Below are positions 39,901 to 49,605 of a DNA stretch of 64,000 bases, one piece after another. Each line of letters opens with the position of its first letter. Positions within the stretch are counted from its first letter, which is position 1. A model generated the notes under the pieces. That model had not been told where the DNA came from, did no database searches, and saw nothing but the letters and a program-made list of their open reading frames with translations. Source of the stretch: Chiloscyllium plagiosum (taxonomy: Eukaryota); contig NC_057749.1 in assembly GCF_004010195.1 (NCBI RefSeq), forward strand, positions 16,103,831 through 16,167,830, read 5' to 3'. The position numbers were made by a program, and so were the translations under genes.

Positions 39901-42688
39901 TGGTAATGATCACAAAGACATTACAAGAGTTTGACTGGGGTAAGGGCTGGGGCTCATTGAAGAGGACAGTGCAGAAGGAGCTTTACTGTGCATTGTATCT
40001 CATGCTGTCCCTGCCCTGGGAGTGTAAAAGGAGCTTTACTCTGTCTCTAACCCAGCGCTGTCCCTGTTTAATGAAGACAGTAGAGAGGGAGTTTTACTAT
40101 GTCCAAGTTGTCTTGGGAGTTATTGAAATAAAAATTTTTCTTACCTGGTAGTGAAGCCTCTTGCTGTAACGAGCAGAAAACCACACAGGGAAAAAAAACC
40201 TCTCAAAATTAGAAGAGCCGATGGTATATGTTGACTAGTAGAGTAGAAGGACTGCCATAGATGCAATTACATTACACATACCACAGTATAAAGGGTGTAT
40301 GGTAGGAGTGACCAATGCACAGTGCTTGTGGACACCATTTCCTGTCTTCTCTTTGAGGATACACTCCATCATGCCGTGTGGCACTATCACCTTTATAACT
40401 GGGGTGGAAGAGGTCTAGTAACTCAAGACTGGGCATCTATGAGACTGTGGGCGATCAGCAAAAACAGGACTGCACTCAAACATAATCTGTAACCTCATAG
40501 TCCAGCAGATCCCTCACTGTATCATTACTATCAAGCTACAGGACCAAGTTTGTTCCATTAAAAATGTGAAAGGAGTTGCCGGATGTTCTCATGGAATACA
40601 GGGAGAACTAGCCATTTGGATACAGAACTGGCTCAAAGATTGAAGACAGAGGGTGGTGGTGGAGGGTTGTTTTTCAGACTGGAGGACTGTGACCAGTGCA
40701 GTGCCATAAGGAACGGTGCTGGGTCCTCTACTTTTTGTCAGTTACATAAATGATTTGGATGCGAGCATAAGAGGTACAGTTAGTAAGTTTGCAGATGACA
40801 CCAAAATTGGAGGTGTAGTGGACAGCGAAGAGGGTTACCTCAGATTACAACAGGATCTGGACCAGATGGGCCAATAGGCTGAGAAGTGGCAGATGGAGTT
40901 TAATTCAGATAAATGCGAGGTGCTGCATTTTGATAAATCAAACCTTAGTAGGACTTATACACTTAATGGTAGGGTCCTAGGGAATGTTGCTGAACAAATA
41001 GACACTGGAGTGCAGGTTCCTAGCTCCTTGAAAGTGAAGTCGCAGGTAGATGGGATAGTGAAGAAGGNNNNNNNNNNNNNNNNNNNNNNNNNNNNNNNNN
41101 NNNNNNNNNNNNNNNNNNNNNNNNNNNNNNNNNNNNNNNNNNNNNNTTATGAGAGGCATGGATAGGATAAATAGACAAATTCTTTTCCCTGGGGTGGGGG
41201 AGTCCAGAACTGGAGGGCACAGGTTTAGGGTGAGAGGGAAAAGATATAAAAGAGACCTAAGGGGCAACTTTTTCACGCAGAGGGTGGTACATGTATGGAA
41301 TAAGCTGCCAGAGGATGTGGTGGAGTCTGGTACAATTGCAACATTTAAGAGGCATTTTGGATGGGTAATGAATAGGAAGGGTTTGGAGGGATATGGGCCG
41401 TGTGTTGGCAGGTGGGACTAGATTGGGTTGGAATATCTGGTCGGCATGGACGGGTTGGACCGAAGGGTCTGTTTCCATGCTATACAACTCTATGACTCTA
41501 TACTATCGGGCATAGCCAAAAATGAGGTGTCAATCTGATGGTGCCACAAAGAGGGCTGTTTCGCCTTTCAAACAGCATAAGCAGCAAGTGATAAACAAAG
41601 CTAACAAATTCCTCAATCAACAAGTCAGATCTAAGCTCAGCAATTCTGCCACATCCATTTGCAAATAGTGGACAATTAAACAATTCAATAGAGGAGTAGG
41701 TTCCACAAATATTCCCATTCTTAACAATGGGGGACCCCAGCATTTCATTGCAAAGGATAAGGCTGAGGCAGCCACAACAATCTTAACTTAGTCTTTGGCC
41801 AATGCAATTCACTCCACTTGATATCAAGGAAAGGCAGAAGACACTGAATACTGCAAAGGGTGCTGACAATATTTCAATATTAGTACTGAAGATTTACTCT
41901 CCAAAATGTGGCATACCCTGTAGCCATACTGTTCTAATACAACTGCAATACCGGTATTAATCTAACAATGTTGGACTATAACCTGGTGTTGTGTGATTTT
42001 TAATTTGGATGTTAACAGACAGCTTTTTGTTTGATAGAAGCTCCCTGTTATCTTTAATTTCTGATTCAGGATCCTCGCTTCCCGAAGATCCTGGAGAACC
42101 TGCGACTGCAGAAACGAGGGACAGGGGGAGAGGACACCGAAGCTGTGGACAGCGTGTTTGATATCTCAAACCTGGACCGTCTGGGGAAATCTGAGGTGAG
42201 TTACCACAGTTTATTATACAGTGGTTATGTAATGGGGAAGGCACAAGGGGGCAGTAGGGGAGAGAAAAGTGTACATGAATAGGTTTCCTTGAAGGGATCT
42301 CGAGATAACAAAGGGAGAATTTGTGGGAGGGGTCAGGATTCATTGGGGAAGTGAAGGGGGGAATACAGGGAAATTGGAACAGAAGAAGGGGAGGATATCA
42401 GTTCAGGGATAGATTTCCTTTGGGAAGTGAAGGAAGGATCAAGCATGGCAATTGGACGGGAAAAGAGGCATGGAGAGGGGATTATCTTTCCAAAACAAAA
42501 ATAGGATTCTCCCTCCCCCTTTTGATAATGTAAAAGTCTAATCTTGAATGTCTTGTTCCTTTCTTCAGGTGGAGCTTGTTCAATTAGTGATTGATGGAGT
42601 CAACTATTTAATTGAGTGTGAGAAGAGACTCCAGCAAAGTCACGATATCCAAATCCCACCCGCCCTACGCATAAACAGTTACCATTGA
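27787..42688 (+). CDS. ckmt1-like: Mitochondrial creatine kinase U-type-like phosphagen kinase, 9 coding exons, 412 aa, divergent substrate pocket
   Basis: Hand-spliced exons 27787-27929, 29552-29738, 34097-34192, 36898-37119, 38315-38400, 38625-38748, 39434-39568, 42070-42195, 42569-42688 total 1239 nt in one open frame with GT-AG introns. U-type diagnostic strings: [50 protein letters not shown]. Confidence 0.96.
27959..28050 (-). mobile_element. 92-bp Penelope terminal fragment with hammerhead core, in intron 1
   Basis: 15-bp TSD tacatctatatagtt (27944-27958 and 28051-28065). Minus strand reads cac-CTGATGA-aGGAGC-gtc-GCTCC-GAAA-GCTA-gtg. Confidence 0.85.
28396..29078 (-). mobile_element. 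Penelope 3' UTR fragment with hammerhead core and TG microsatellite
   Basis: 10-bp TSD atcatcctag (28386-28395 and 29079-29088), same terminus as 27959. Confidence 0.85.
29552..29738 (+). CDS. ckmt1-like: Coding exon 2 ([19 protein letters not shown]...[20 protein letters not shown])
   Basis: ctctcag| acceptor and |gtaagt donor. 187 nt, 12 nt shorter than the equivalent human CKMT1 segment. Confidence 0.95.
30350..32865 (+). mobile_element. CR1 LINE ORF2 fragment, interrupted by a DNA transposon
   Basis: ORFs 31539..32910 with [40 protein letters not shown] and FADD. Confidence 0.93.
30773..31466 (-). mobile_element. Non-autonomous Mutator/MULE-like DNA transposon
   Basis: 9-bp TSD gtgtgccaa (30764-30772 and 31467-31475), ~55-bp imperfect TIRs built of ttcgcc/ggcgaa repeats, internal remnant [21 protein letters not shown] (31118-31195, minus). 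Confidence 0.8.
32866..33559 (-). mobile_element. Penelope 3' end with hammerhead core (32921-32949), spans a gap
   Basis: [33 protein letters not shown]-terminus, same terminus family as 28396. Confidence 0.85.
33560..34026 (-). repeat. Near-identical copy of the Penelope segment starting at 25871
   Basis: Long stretches read base-for-base identical with only scattered differences. Confidence 0.85.
34097..34192 (+). CDS. ckmt1-like: Coding exon 3 ([32 protein letters not shown])
   Basis: catgcag| acceptor with upstream gctaac branch-like motifs, |gtgagt donor, 96 nt. Confidence 0.95.
34280..35690. mobile_element. Two decayed CR1 fragments (minus 34280-34920, plus 34990-35690)
   Basis: [17 protein letters not shown] on minus, degenerate CR1 C-terminus and tail on plus. 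Confidence 0.8.
36110..36596 (+). mobile_element. CR1 3' end
   Basis: [14 protein letters not shown], tail ctctatgactct. Confidence 0.88.
36898..37119 (+). CDS. ckmt1-like: Coding exon 4 ([24 protein letters not shown]...EQQQLID)
   Basis: tttacag| and |gtaag, 222 nt, seen in ORF 36883..37131. Confidence 0.97.
38315..38400 (+). CDS. ckmt1-like: Coding exon 5 ([29 protein letters not shown])
   Basis: ttctatag| and |gtaagt, 86 nt, [13 protein letters not shown] motif. Confidence 0.96.
38625..38748 (+). CDS. ckmt1-like: Coding exon 6 ([41 protein letters not shown])
   Basis: tctacag| and |gtaaac, 124 nt, catalytic NEED motif at 38659-38670. Confidence 0.96.
39434..39568 (+). CDS. ckmt1-like: Coding exon 7 ([45 protein letters not shown])
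   Basis: ttttttccag| and |gtacc, 135 nt, CPSNLGT signature with reactive Cys at 39503-39505. Confidence 0.97.
40585..41500 (+). mobile_element. CR1 LINE 3' portion (spans a gap)
   Basis: [13 protein letters not shown] and [15 protein letters not shown], tail ctctatgactct. Confidence 0.92.
42070..42195 (+). CDS. ckmt1-like: Coding exon 8 ([42 protein letters not shown])
   Basis: ctgattcag| and |gtgagt, 126 nt. Confidence 0.96.
42569..42688 (+). CDS. ckmt1-like: Coding exon 9 ([39 protein letters not shown])
   Basis: ctttcttcag| acceptor, TGA at 42686-42688. Confidence 0.95.
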   Translation: MELVQLVIDGVNYLIECEKRLQQSHDIQIPPALRINSYH

Positions 42689-42700
42689 GATGTATATCTC

Positions 42701-42706
42701 ATTAAA
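42701..42706 (+). terminator. Candidate polyadenylation signal ATTAAA
   Basis: First poly(A) hexamer after the stop, just before an antisense CR1 3' end. Confidence 0.4.
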
Positions 42707-42708
42707 CA

Positions 42709-43880
42709 TAGAGTCATAGTCATACAGATGTACAGCACGGAAACAGACTCTTTGGTCCAACTCGTCCATGCCAATCACATATCCTAACCTAGTCTAGTCC
42801 CATTTGCCAGGTCTTGGCCCATACCCTATTCATAAACCCTTCCAGATGCCTTTAAATGTTGCAATTGTATCAGCCTCCACCACTTCCTCTGGTAGCTTAT
42901 TCCATACACACACCACCCTCTGTGTGAAAATGTTGTCCTTTAGGTCCCTTTTATATCTTTCGCCTCTCTCCCTAAACCTATGCCCTCTAGTTCTGGACTC
43001 CCCGACCCCAGGGAAAAGACTTTGACTATTTACCCTATCCATGCCCCTCAATATTTTATAAACCTCTATAAGGTCCCCCCTCAACCTTCGACACTCCAGG
43101 GAAAACAGCCCCAGCCTATTCAGTCTCTCCCTATAGCTCAAATGCTCCAACCCTGGCAACATTCTTGTAAATCCGTTCTGAATCCTTTCAAGTTTCACAA
43201 CATCCTTTCAATAGGAAGGAGACCAGAATTGCACGCAGTATTCCAAAAGTGGCCTAACCAATGTCCTGTACAGCCGCAACATGACCTCCCAACTCCTGTA
43301 CTCAATACTCTGACCAATAAAGGAAAGCATACCAAACACCTTCTTCACTATCCTATCTATCTGCGACTCTACTTTCAAGGAGCTATGAACCTCCACTCCA
43401 AGGTCTCTTTGTTCAACAACACTCTCTAGGACCTTATCATTGAGTGTAAAAGTCTTGCTAGGATTTGCTTTTCCAAAATGCAGCACCTTGCATTTATCTG
43501 AATTAAACTCCATCTGCCACTTCTCAGCCCATTGGTCCATCTGATCAAGAACCCATTGTAATCTGAGGTAACCTTCTTTGCAATCCACTACACCTCCAAT
43601 TTTGATATAATCTGCAAACTTACTAACTATACCTCCTATGTTCACATCCAAACTGTTTATGTAAAAGACAAAAAGTAGTGACCCAGCACTGATCCTTGTG
43701 GCATTCCACTGGTCACAGGCCTCCAGTCTGAAAAACAACTCTCCACCTTCTGCCTTAAAGCCAGTTTTGTATCCAAATGGCTAGTTGTCCCTGTGTTCCA
43801 TGAGATTTAACCTTGCTAACCAGTGTCCTATGGAAAACCTTGTAGAACACCTTACTGAAGTCCATATAGATCACGTCCAC
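42709..43880 (-). mobile_element. CR1 LINE 3' portion
   Basis: ORFs 42830..43198 and 43208..43738. Confidence 0.93.
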
Positions 43881-43899
43881 AATACTCTCAATGAATTCT

Positions 43900-45830
43900 A
43901 GCATTTTCCCCATTACCAGTGTCAGGCTAACCAGTCTACTAATTCCTTGTTTCCTCTCTACCTTTTTTTAAATAGTGGTTTTATATCAGCTAACCACTCC
44001 AAAAGGACCATTCCAGAGGATCTTGACAATGACCACCAGTGCATTTATTTTATCCAGGACCCTCTTTAAATACTTTGAGATGTGGATTATCAGAGTTGGA
44101 GGAAATTATCAGCCATTAATCCCATCAACTTCCCCAACACACTTTCCCTACTAAGACTGAGCTGAAAATGTGTTGCTGGAAAAGCGCAGCAGGTCAGGTG
44201 CATCCAAGGAACAGGAGAATCGACGTTTCGGGCATAAGCCCTTCTTCAAGACTGACTCAGTTTCTCCCTCTCACTGGATCCTGTATTCCCCAATTTTTGG
44301 GACATTATTTGTGTTCTCCTTTGTAATGATAAATCCAAAGTATGTATTGAATTGGGCTGCCATCATAACTGGCTTTGTTTCTGATACTAAAGGACCTACA
44401 TTTGTCATTAAACCTATCCTCTTCACATACCAATAGAAAATTTTACAAGCAGTGTGTATGTTCCCCTGATTCGGAGATGCCGGTGTTGGACTGGGGTGTA
44501 CAAAGATAAAAATCACACAACACCAGGTTATAGCCCAACAGGTTTAACTGGAAGCACTAGCTTTTGGAGCGCCGCTCCTTCATCAGGTGGTTGTATGTTC
44601 CCCATAAGCTTACTCCCATACTCTAGTTTCCGTTTCTTAATAAATCCCTTTGTCCTCTTTTACTGAAATCTGAAATGCAACCTATTGTCAAGTCTACTGC
44701 TGGTTTTGGCCAATTTGTACCCCTTCATTGCATCTAATACTAAGCCTACTTTCCCTTGCCAGCCATCATTGGGCCCCCCTTTCTGTTTTCTGTTTATGCC
44801 AGATAGGAATGAACATTTGTTGCAGTTCATCCACGTGCTCTTTAAATATTTACCATTGCTGATTCACCATCATTCCTTTAAGTGGCATCCCCAAATTTAT
44901 CATTGCCAGATCGTGCTTCATGCATCATACTTTTCTGCATTCAGATTCAGGACTCTAGTCTCAGAGTCACTCTCCATCCTATTGAAGAATTCTATCATAT
45001 TATGGTCAGTCTTCCCCAAGAGGCTTCATACAGTTCGATTGCCAATTATTCCAATCTCATTCCACAGTACCCAGTCTGAGTTGGTCTTTTCTCAGATTCG
45101 GAGATGCCGGTGTTGGACTGGGGTGTACAAAGTTAAAAATCACACAACACCAGGTTATAGTCCAACAGGTTTAATTGGAAGCACTAGCTATAGGAGCGTC
45201 GCTCCTTCATCAGATCTTTTCTCTAGTTGGTTCCTCAATTTATTAATCCAGAAAACCATCCTGTACATACTCCAGGAATTCCTCCTAAAGTATTGTTACT
45301 GATTTGACTGATCCAATCTTTTTCAGATTATAGTCACCCATAATTAGAGATATACTTTTATTGCTTGCATCTCTAACTCCCTGTTTATTGCCTTCCCCAA
45401 CAGTACAATTATTTGAATAATTCCTGGAATGTCATATTCTTTTATGAGGAAAGGTTGTACAGGCTAGACTTGTATCCATTGGAATTTCGAAGAGTAAGAG
45501 GGCGACTTTATTTAAAACGATAAGATCCTGAGGGGTCTTGATAGGGTGAATGTGGAAAGTATATTTTCTCATGTGGGAGGATAAAGAAGAAGTCATGGTT
45601 TAAAAGTAAAGGGGTTATCCATTTAAGACTGAAAAGAGGAAAAATAACTTTTTTTCAGAGGGTCATGAGTCTCTGGATCTCACTTTCCCAAAGATGTTAG
45701 AATCAGAGGCTTTGAATATTTTTAAGACAGAGATGGACTCACTTGATAAGCAAAGGGGTGCATGTTTATTAGGGGTGGGTGGGAATGAGGAGGAATCAAA
45801 TCAGCCATGAAGAATGGAGTAGGCTCAAAG
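43900..45830. mobile_element. Old CR1 debris carrying three short Penelope terminal insertions (44161-44247, 44467-44591, 45094-45214)
   Basis: TSDs aagactga, tgtatgttcccc and tcttttctc. Each insert has a hammerhead-like core on the minus strand. Confidence 0.75.
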
Positions 45831-46629
45831 CAAACCATTCCTGGTTCAAATTTGTACACTTGTAAATATACTCACACAACGAATTGTCAGAGGCTGCAAT
45901 ATACTGCCCGAGAGTGTAGAGGAGACAGATGCTGACAATACATTTTACAGGGAGTCAGAGTGTTGTATGAACAGAATGAACATGAAGGGCTCTTTGGAGG
46001 GAAAGGACTGAATAGCACAGAGTGAACTGGTCATTCAGAAAGCCAGCACAGACACAAAGGGCTAAATGTTCATCTGTGCTAAAGGCATCCACCATGTGGG
46101 GGAACCATGCACACACACCAAGTTCTTCACACTGTGTTTGACTTTAAAAGGGAAGAAAGTCTCTCAGTCACTCCATCAGAAGGAGATATCAATTTCAGAA
46201 GTCCAGGACCCAATAAACCCTGAATGAAATTGTATCACCTACACATCTACCCCATGCCAACTATCTGTCAAAAACCCTGTTGATGTTCAACACTGTCCTA
46301 TTCACAATTCAAAATATTTCCACTGTGTATCCAGGAAAATAATAATATTAAAACATAAACAAAAATTGCCGGGTATGTTTTTCCATACTATGTAACTCTA
46401 TGATAGGCAACATCTGAGGAGAGAAAGCAGAGTTAAAATTCTGGAGCCAGTCACTGCAGGAATAAACTCTGCCAACCCTGTAGAGTTTCACCAGCAATTT
46501 CTGTTTCTCATTTCCAGCATTTGCAGTTCTTTGTTTGAAATAATAATGCTATATCTGTTTTTAAATCTTAGATACTCACCACAGGATTTTTATTTTATCT
46601 CAAAAATAGACTTTATTCCTAAACTAGAC

Positions 46630-47159
46630 AAAAGTGAAGATTGCAGATGCTGGAGATTAGAGTCGAGTGTGGTGCTGGAAAAGCACAGCTGGTCAGGCAG
46701 CATCCAAGGAGCAGGAGAAATGACGTTTCAGGCAAAAGCCCTTCATCAGGAATGAGGCTGTGAGCTGAGGGGCTGGTGAGATAAATGGGAGGGGAGGTAG
46801 GGCTGGGGGCGAAGGCAGCTGAGAGTGCGAGAGGTAGATGAAGGTGGGGGGTAATGGTGATAGGTCAGAGAGGAGGGTGGAGCAGATAGGTCAGAAGGAA
46901 GATGGACAGGTAGGACAGGTCATGAGGGCAGGGCTGGGTTGGAAAGTTGGAACTGGGATAAGGTGGGGGAAGGGGAAATGAGAAAACTGATGAAATCCAC
47001 ATTGACGCTGTGGGGTTGAAAGCTCCTGAGGTGGAAGATGAGGCGTTTTTCCTCTCTGCGTCAGGTGGTTAGGGAGTGGCAATGGAGGAGTCCCAGGATC
47101 TGATTCTCATGCTCCTCAGATGCTGCCTGACATTTCCAGCACCACATTCTCAACTTTAT
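46630..47159 (-). mobile_element. Penelope 3' end with hammerhead-like core (46722-46749)
   Basis: Same family as 25635-26790. Confidence 0.8.
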
Positions 47160-47659
47160 NNNNNNNNNNNNNNNNNNNNNNNNNNNNNNNNNNNNNNNNN
47201 NNNNNNNNNNNNNNNNNNNNNNNNNNNNNNNNNNNNNNNNNNNNNNNNNNNNNNNNNNNNNNNNNNNNNNNNNNNNNNNNNNNNNNNNNNNNNNNNNNNN
47301 NNNNNNNNNNNNNNNNNNNNNNNNNNNNNNNNNNNNNNNNNNNNNNNNNNNNNNNNNNNNNNNNNNNNNNNNNNNNNNNNNNNNNNNNNNNNNNNNNNNN
47401 NNNNNNNNNNNNNNNNNNNNNNNNNNNNNNNNNNNNNNNNNNNNNNNNNNNNNNNNNNNNNNNNNNNNNNNNNNNNNNNNNNNNNNNNNNNNNNNNNNNN
47501 NNNNNNNNNNNNNNNNNNNNNNNNNNNNNNNNNNNNNNNNNNNNNNNNNNNNNNNNNNNNNNNNNNNNNNNNNNNNNNNNNNNNNNNNNNNNNNNNNNNN
47601 NNNNNNNNNNNNNNNNNNNNNNNNNNNNNNNNNNNNNNNNNNNNNNNNNNNNNNNNNNN

Positions 47660-47946
47660 GTCCCAACTACTGTCACAAACCTGGCATCAGCCCACAGTCC
47701 CAACTACAGTCACAAATCTGACAAATTCCCACATTCCCAACTAAAGTCACAAACCTGGCATCAGCCCAGAGTTCCAAATACAGTCACAAACCTGGCATCA
47801 TCCCAGACTCCCAACTACAGTCACAAACCTGGCATCATCCCACAGTCCCAAATACAATCACAAACCTGGCCTCACTCCACCATCCCAACTACAGTCACAA
47901 ACCTGGCATCAGCCCAGAATCCCAAATATAGTCACAAACCTGGCAT
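47660..47946. repeat. ~38-bp tandem minisatellite (cagtcacaaacctggcatcagcccacagtcccaacta), 7-8 visible units next to a gap
   Basis: Direct reading of repeated units. Confidence 0.92.
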
Positions 47947-47949
47947 CTC

Positions 47950-48205
47950 AGTGGAGGTGGTGCCTCGTGGTATTCTCTCTGACTATTTATCCAAGAAATG
48001 CAGCTTATGTTCTGTGGACTTGGTTTCAAATCCTGCCATGGCAGCTGGATTCGGTAAAACAAAATCTAGAATTACGAATCTACTAATGACCATGAAACCA
48101 TTGTCAATTGTCAAACACACCCATCTGATTCACTAATGGCCTTCAGGAAAGGAAACTGCCATCCTCACCTGGTCTGGCCTACGTGTGACTCCAGACCCAC
48201 AGCAG
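47950..48205 (+). mobile_element. DeuSINE/SacSINE1-like SINE
   Basis: tRNA-like head followed by the Deu-domain-like cactaatg-ccttcaggaaaggaaactgccatcctcacctggtctggcctac-tgtgactccagacccac. Confidence 0.7.
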
Positions 48206-49129
48206 AGATGGAATCTGGGATGACATAACCTGCAGTTCCAATGTGGTGAAGATGAACGATATGTAAGACCAATGAGGTGCCTCTTCAATAAGTCGACTAT
48301 GACTTATCACTTGTTAACAGTCTCTGAGAGAAGAAGTGCTTTGACCAGCATCTTGTTCCTGGCCATGCCCCTGCCCCTACAGTGTAAGTGATTAAAGGTT
48401 TCCCAGCCTGTCAGTCTCCCTGAAGAAATCATCACAATTGCCCACATATTTCGACAGCTCAGGAAAAAAAATATCCGGGGTGTCAAATCCAGAACTGAGG
48501 ACAAAACTATGCATTACCATCATTTATTTGAATTGTTTAATTACTGAGTTGAGAAATACTTGGGTGTTTACTGCTTAGTGAAAGCCAGCCTGGAAAGGGC
48601 AGGACAATTCTGGAATCTGAGAGGCTAGAACTGTTCAAATAGAAGTTCCTAAATTGTGACCTTAGTGCCCGGCACACCTCATGAAGCATTTACAGCTCCC
48701 ATTGTGTAGCATGTAGTCAGTTACAAAGGCTTGGGCTGTGTTTCTATGATACTTTCCAAACAAATCGCACCCTTATCTTATCGGGTATCATGGTGAAGGC
48801 TGGTACCTGGGAAATGAAGCTGAACGTGTTTAAAGTGCAAAACCAATTAGACAAACTGGTCAGACTTTTATGAAGGCTGGTTTAAACGGACAAGCAACTG
48901 TCCAGCTGAAGACACAGTCCAGTGCCTGATATATCCTGCTGACTGATCCCTTTAAGGTGGGAGCAGACATTTGCCATTGGTCGAGGTGAGAGAGAATATT
49001 AAGCCACCTGGGTTCCTGTGCCTGATATCTGCAGAAGGCAGCACCCTGACTGGGAATACTCAATGAAGAAAGCCCGGAATTTACCTGTTTAACGTCACCT
49101 CAGGTGCCCCAAATGACATTCTGTATCTA

Positions 49130-49605
49130 CAAAGAACAAAACAGCATAGGAACAGGCCATTCAGCCTTTCAGGCCTGCGCCAACATATTTTGCATAATAA
49201 AACTGTCTTCTCTTACAGGATTCATATCCCTCTATTCTCTACCTGTGCATGTGTTTGTCCAGGTGTTTCTTGAACGCTGCTATTGAGTCTGCTTCCACCA
49301 CCTCCTCCAGCAGCATGTTCCAGCTACTCACCATTCTTGCCTCTCACATCTCTTTTAAACCTACCCCTCGCACCTTGAACCTGTGTCCCCTAGTAATCGT
49401 CCCCTCCACCTTGGGAAACAGCCTCATTCTTTCCACTCTATCCATGCCATTACAACCTAACAAACTTCTATCAGGTTGCCTCTCGACCTCCTGTGGTCCA
49501 GTGAAAACAAACCCAACCTTTCTTCATAGCCAAAATCCCTCATACCTGGCAACATCCTGAAAAACCTTTTTTAAGTACCTCTCCAAAGTATCCACATCCT
49601 TCAGT
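49130..49605 (-). mobile_element. Decayed CR1 3' end
   Basis: ggaacaggccattcagcc tail and gcttccaccacctcctcc...accttgaacctgtgtcccctag. Confidence 0.75.

Noticed and set aside
27787..42688. Pseudogene or ordinary CKMT1/CKMT2 interpretation
   Set aside because: No stops or frameshifts, all splice sites canonical and catalytic residues intact, so not a pseudogene. Diagnostic residues match CKMT1 rather than CKMT2, yet the three creatine determinants are altered.
27787..42688. Horizontal transfer of an invertebrate phosphagen kinase
   Set aside because: The exon-intron layout, presequence and most of the sequence are vertebrate CKMT1-type, which favours convergence
47660..47946. CRISPR-like periodic array
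   Set aside because: Head-to-tail units without unique spacers, in a eukaryotic context
47120..48136. 338-aa ORF with repeated SHKPGI/PTTVTNL motifs
   Set aside because: Artefact of an N gap plus a stop-free minisatellite
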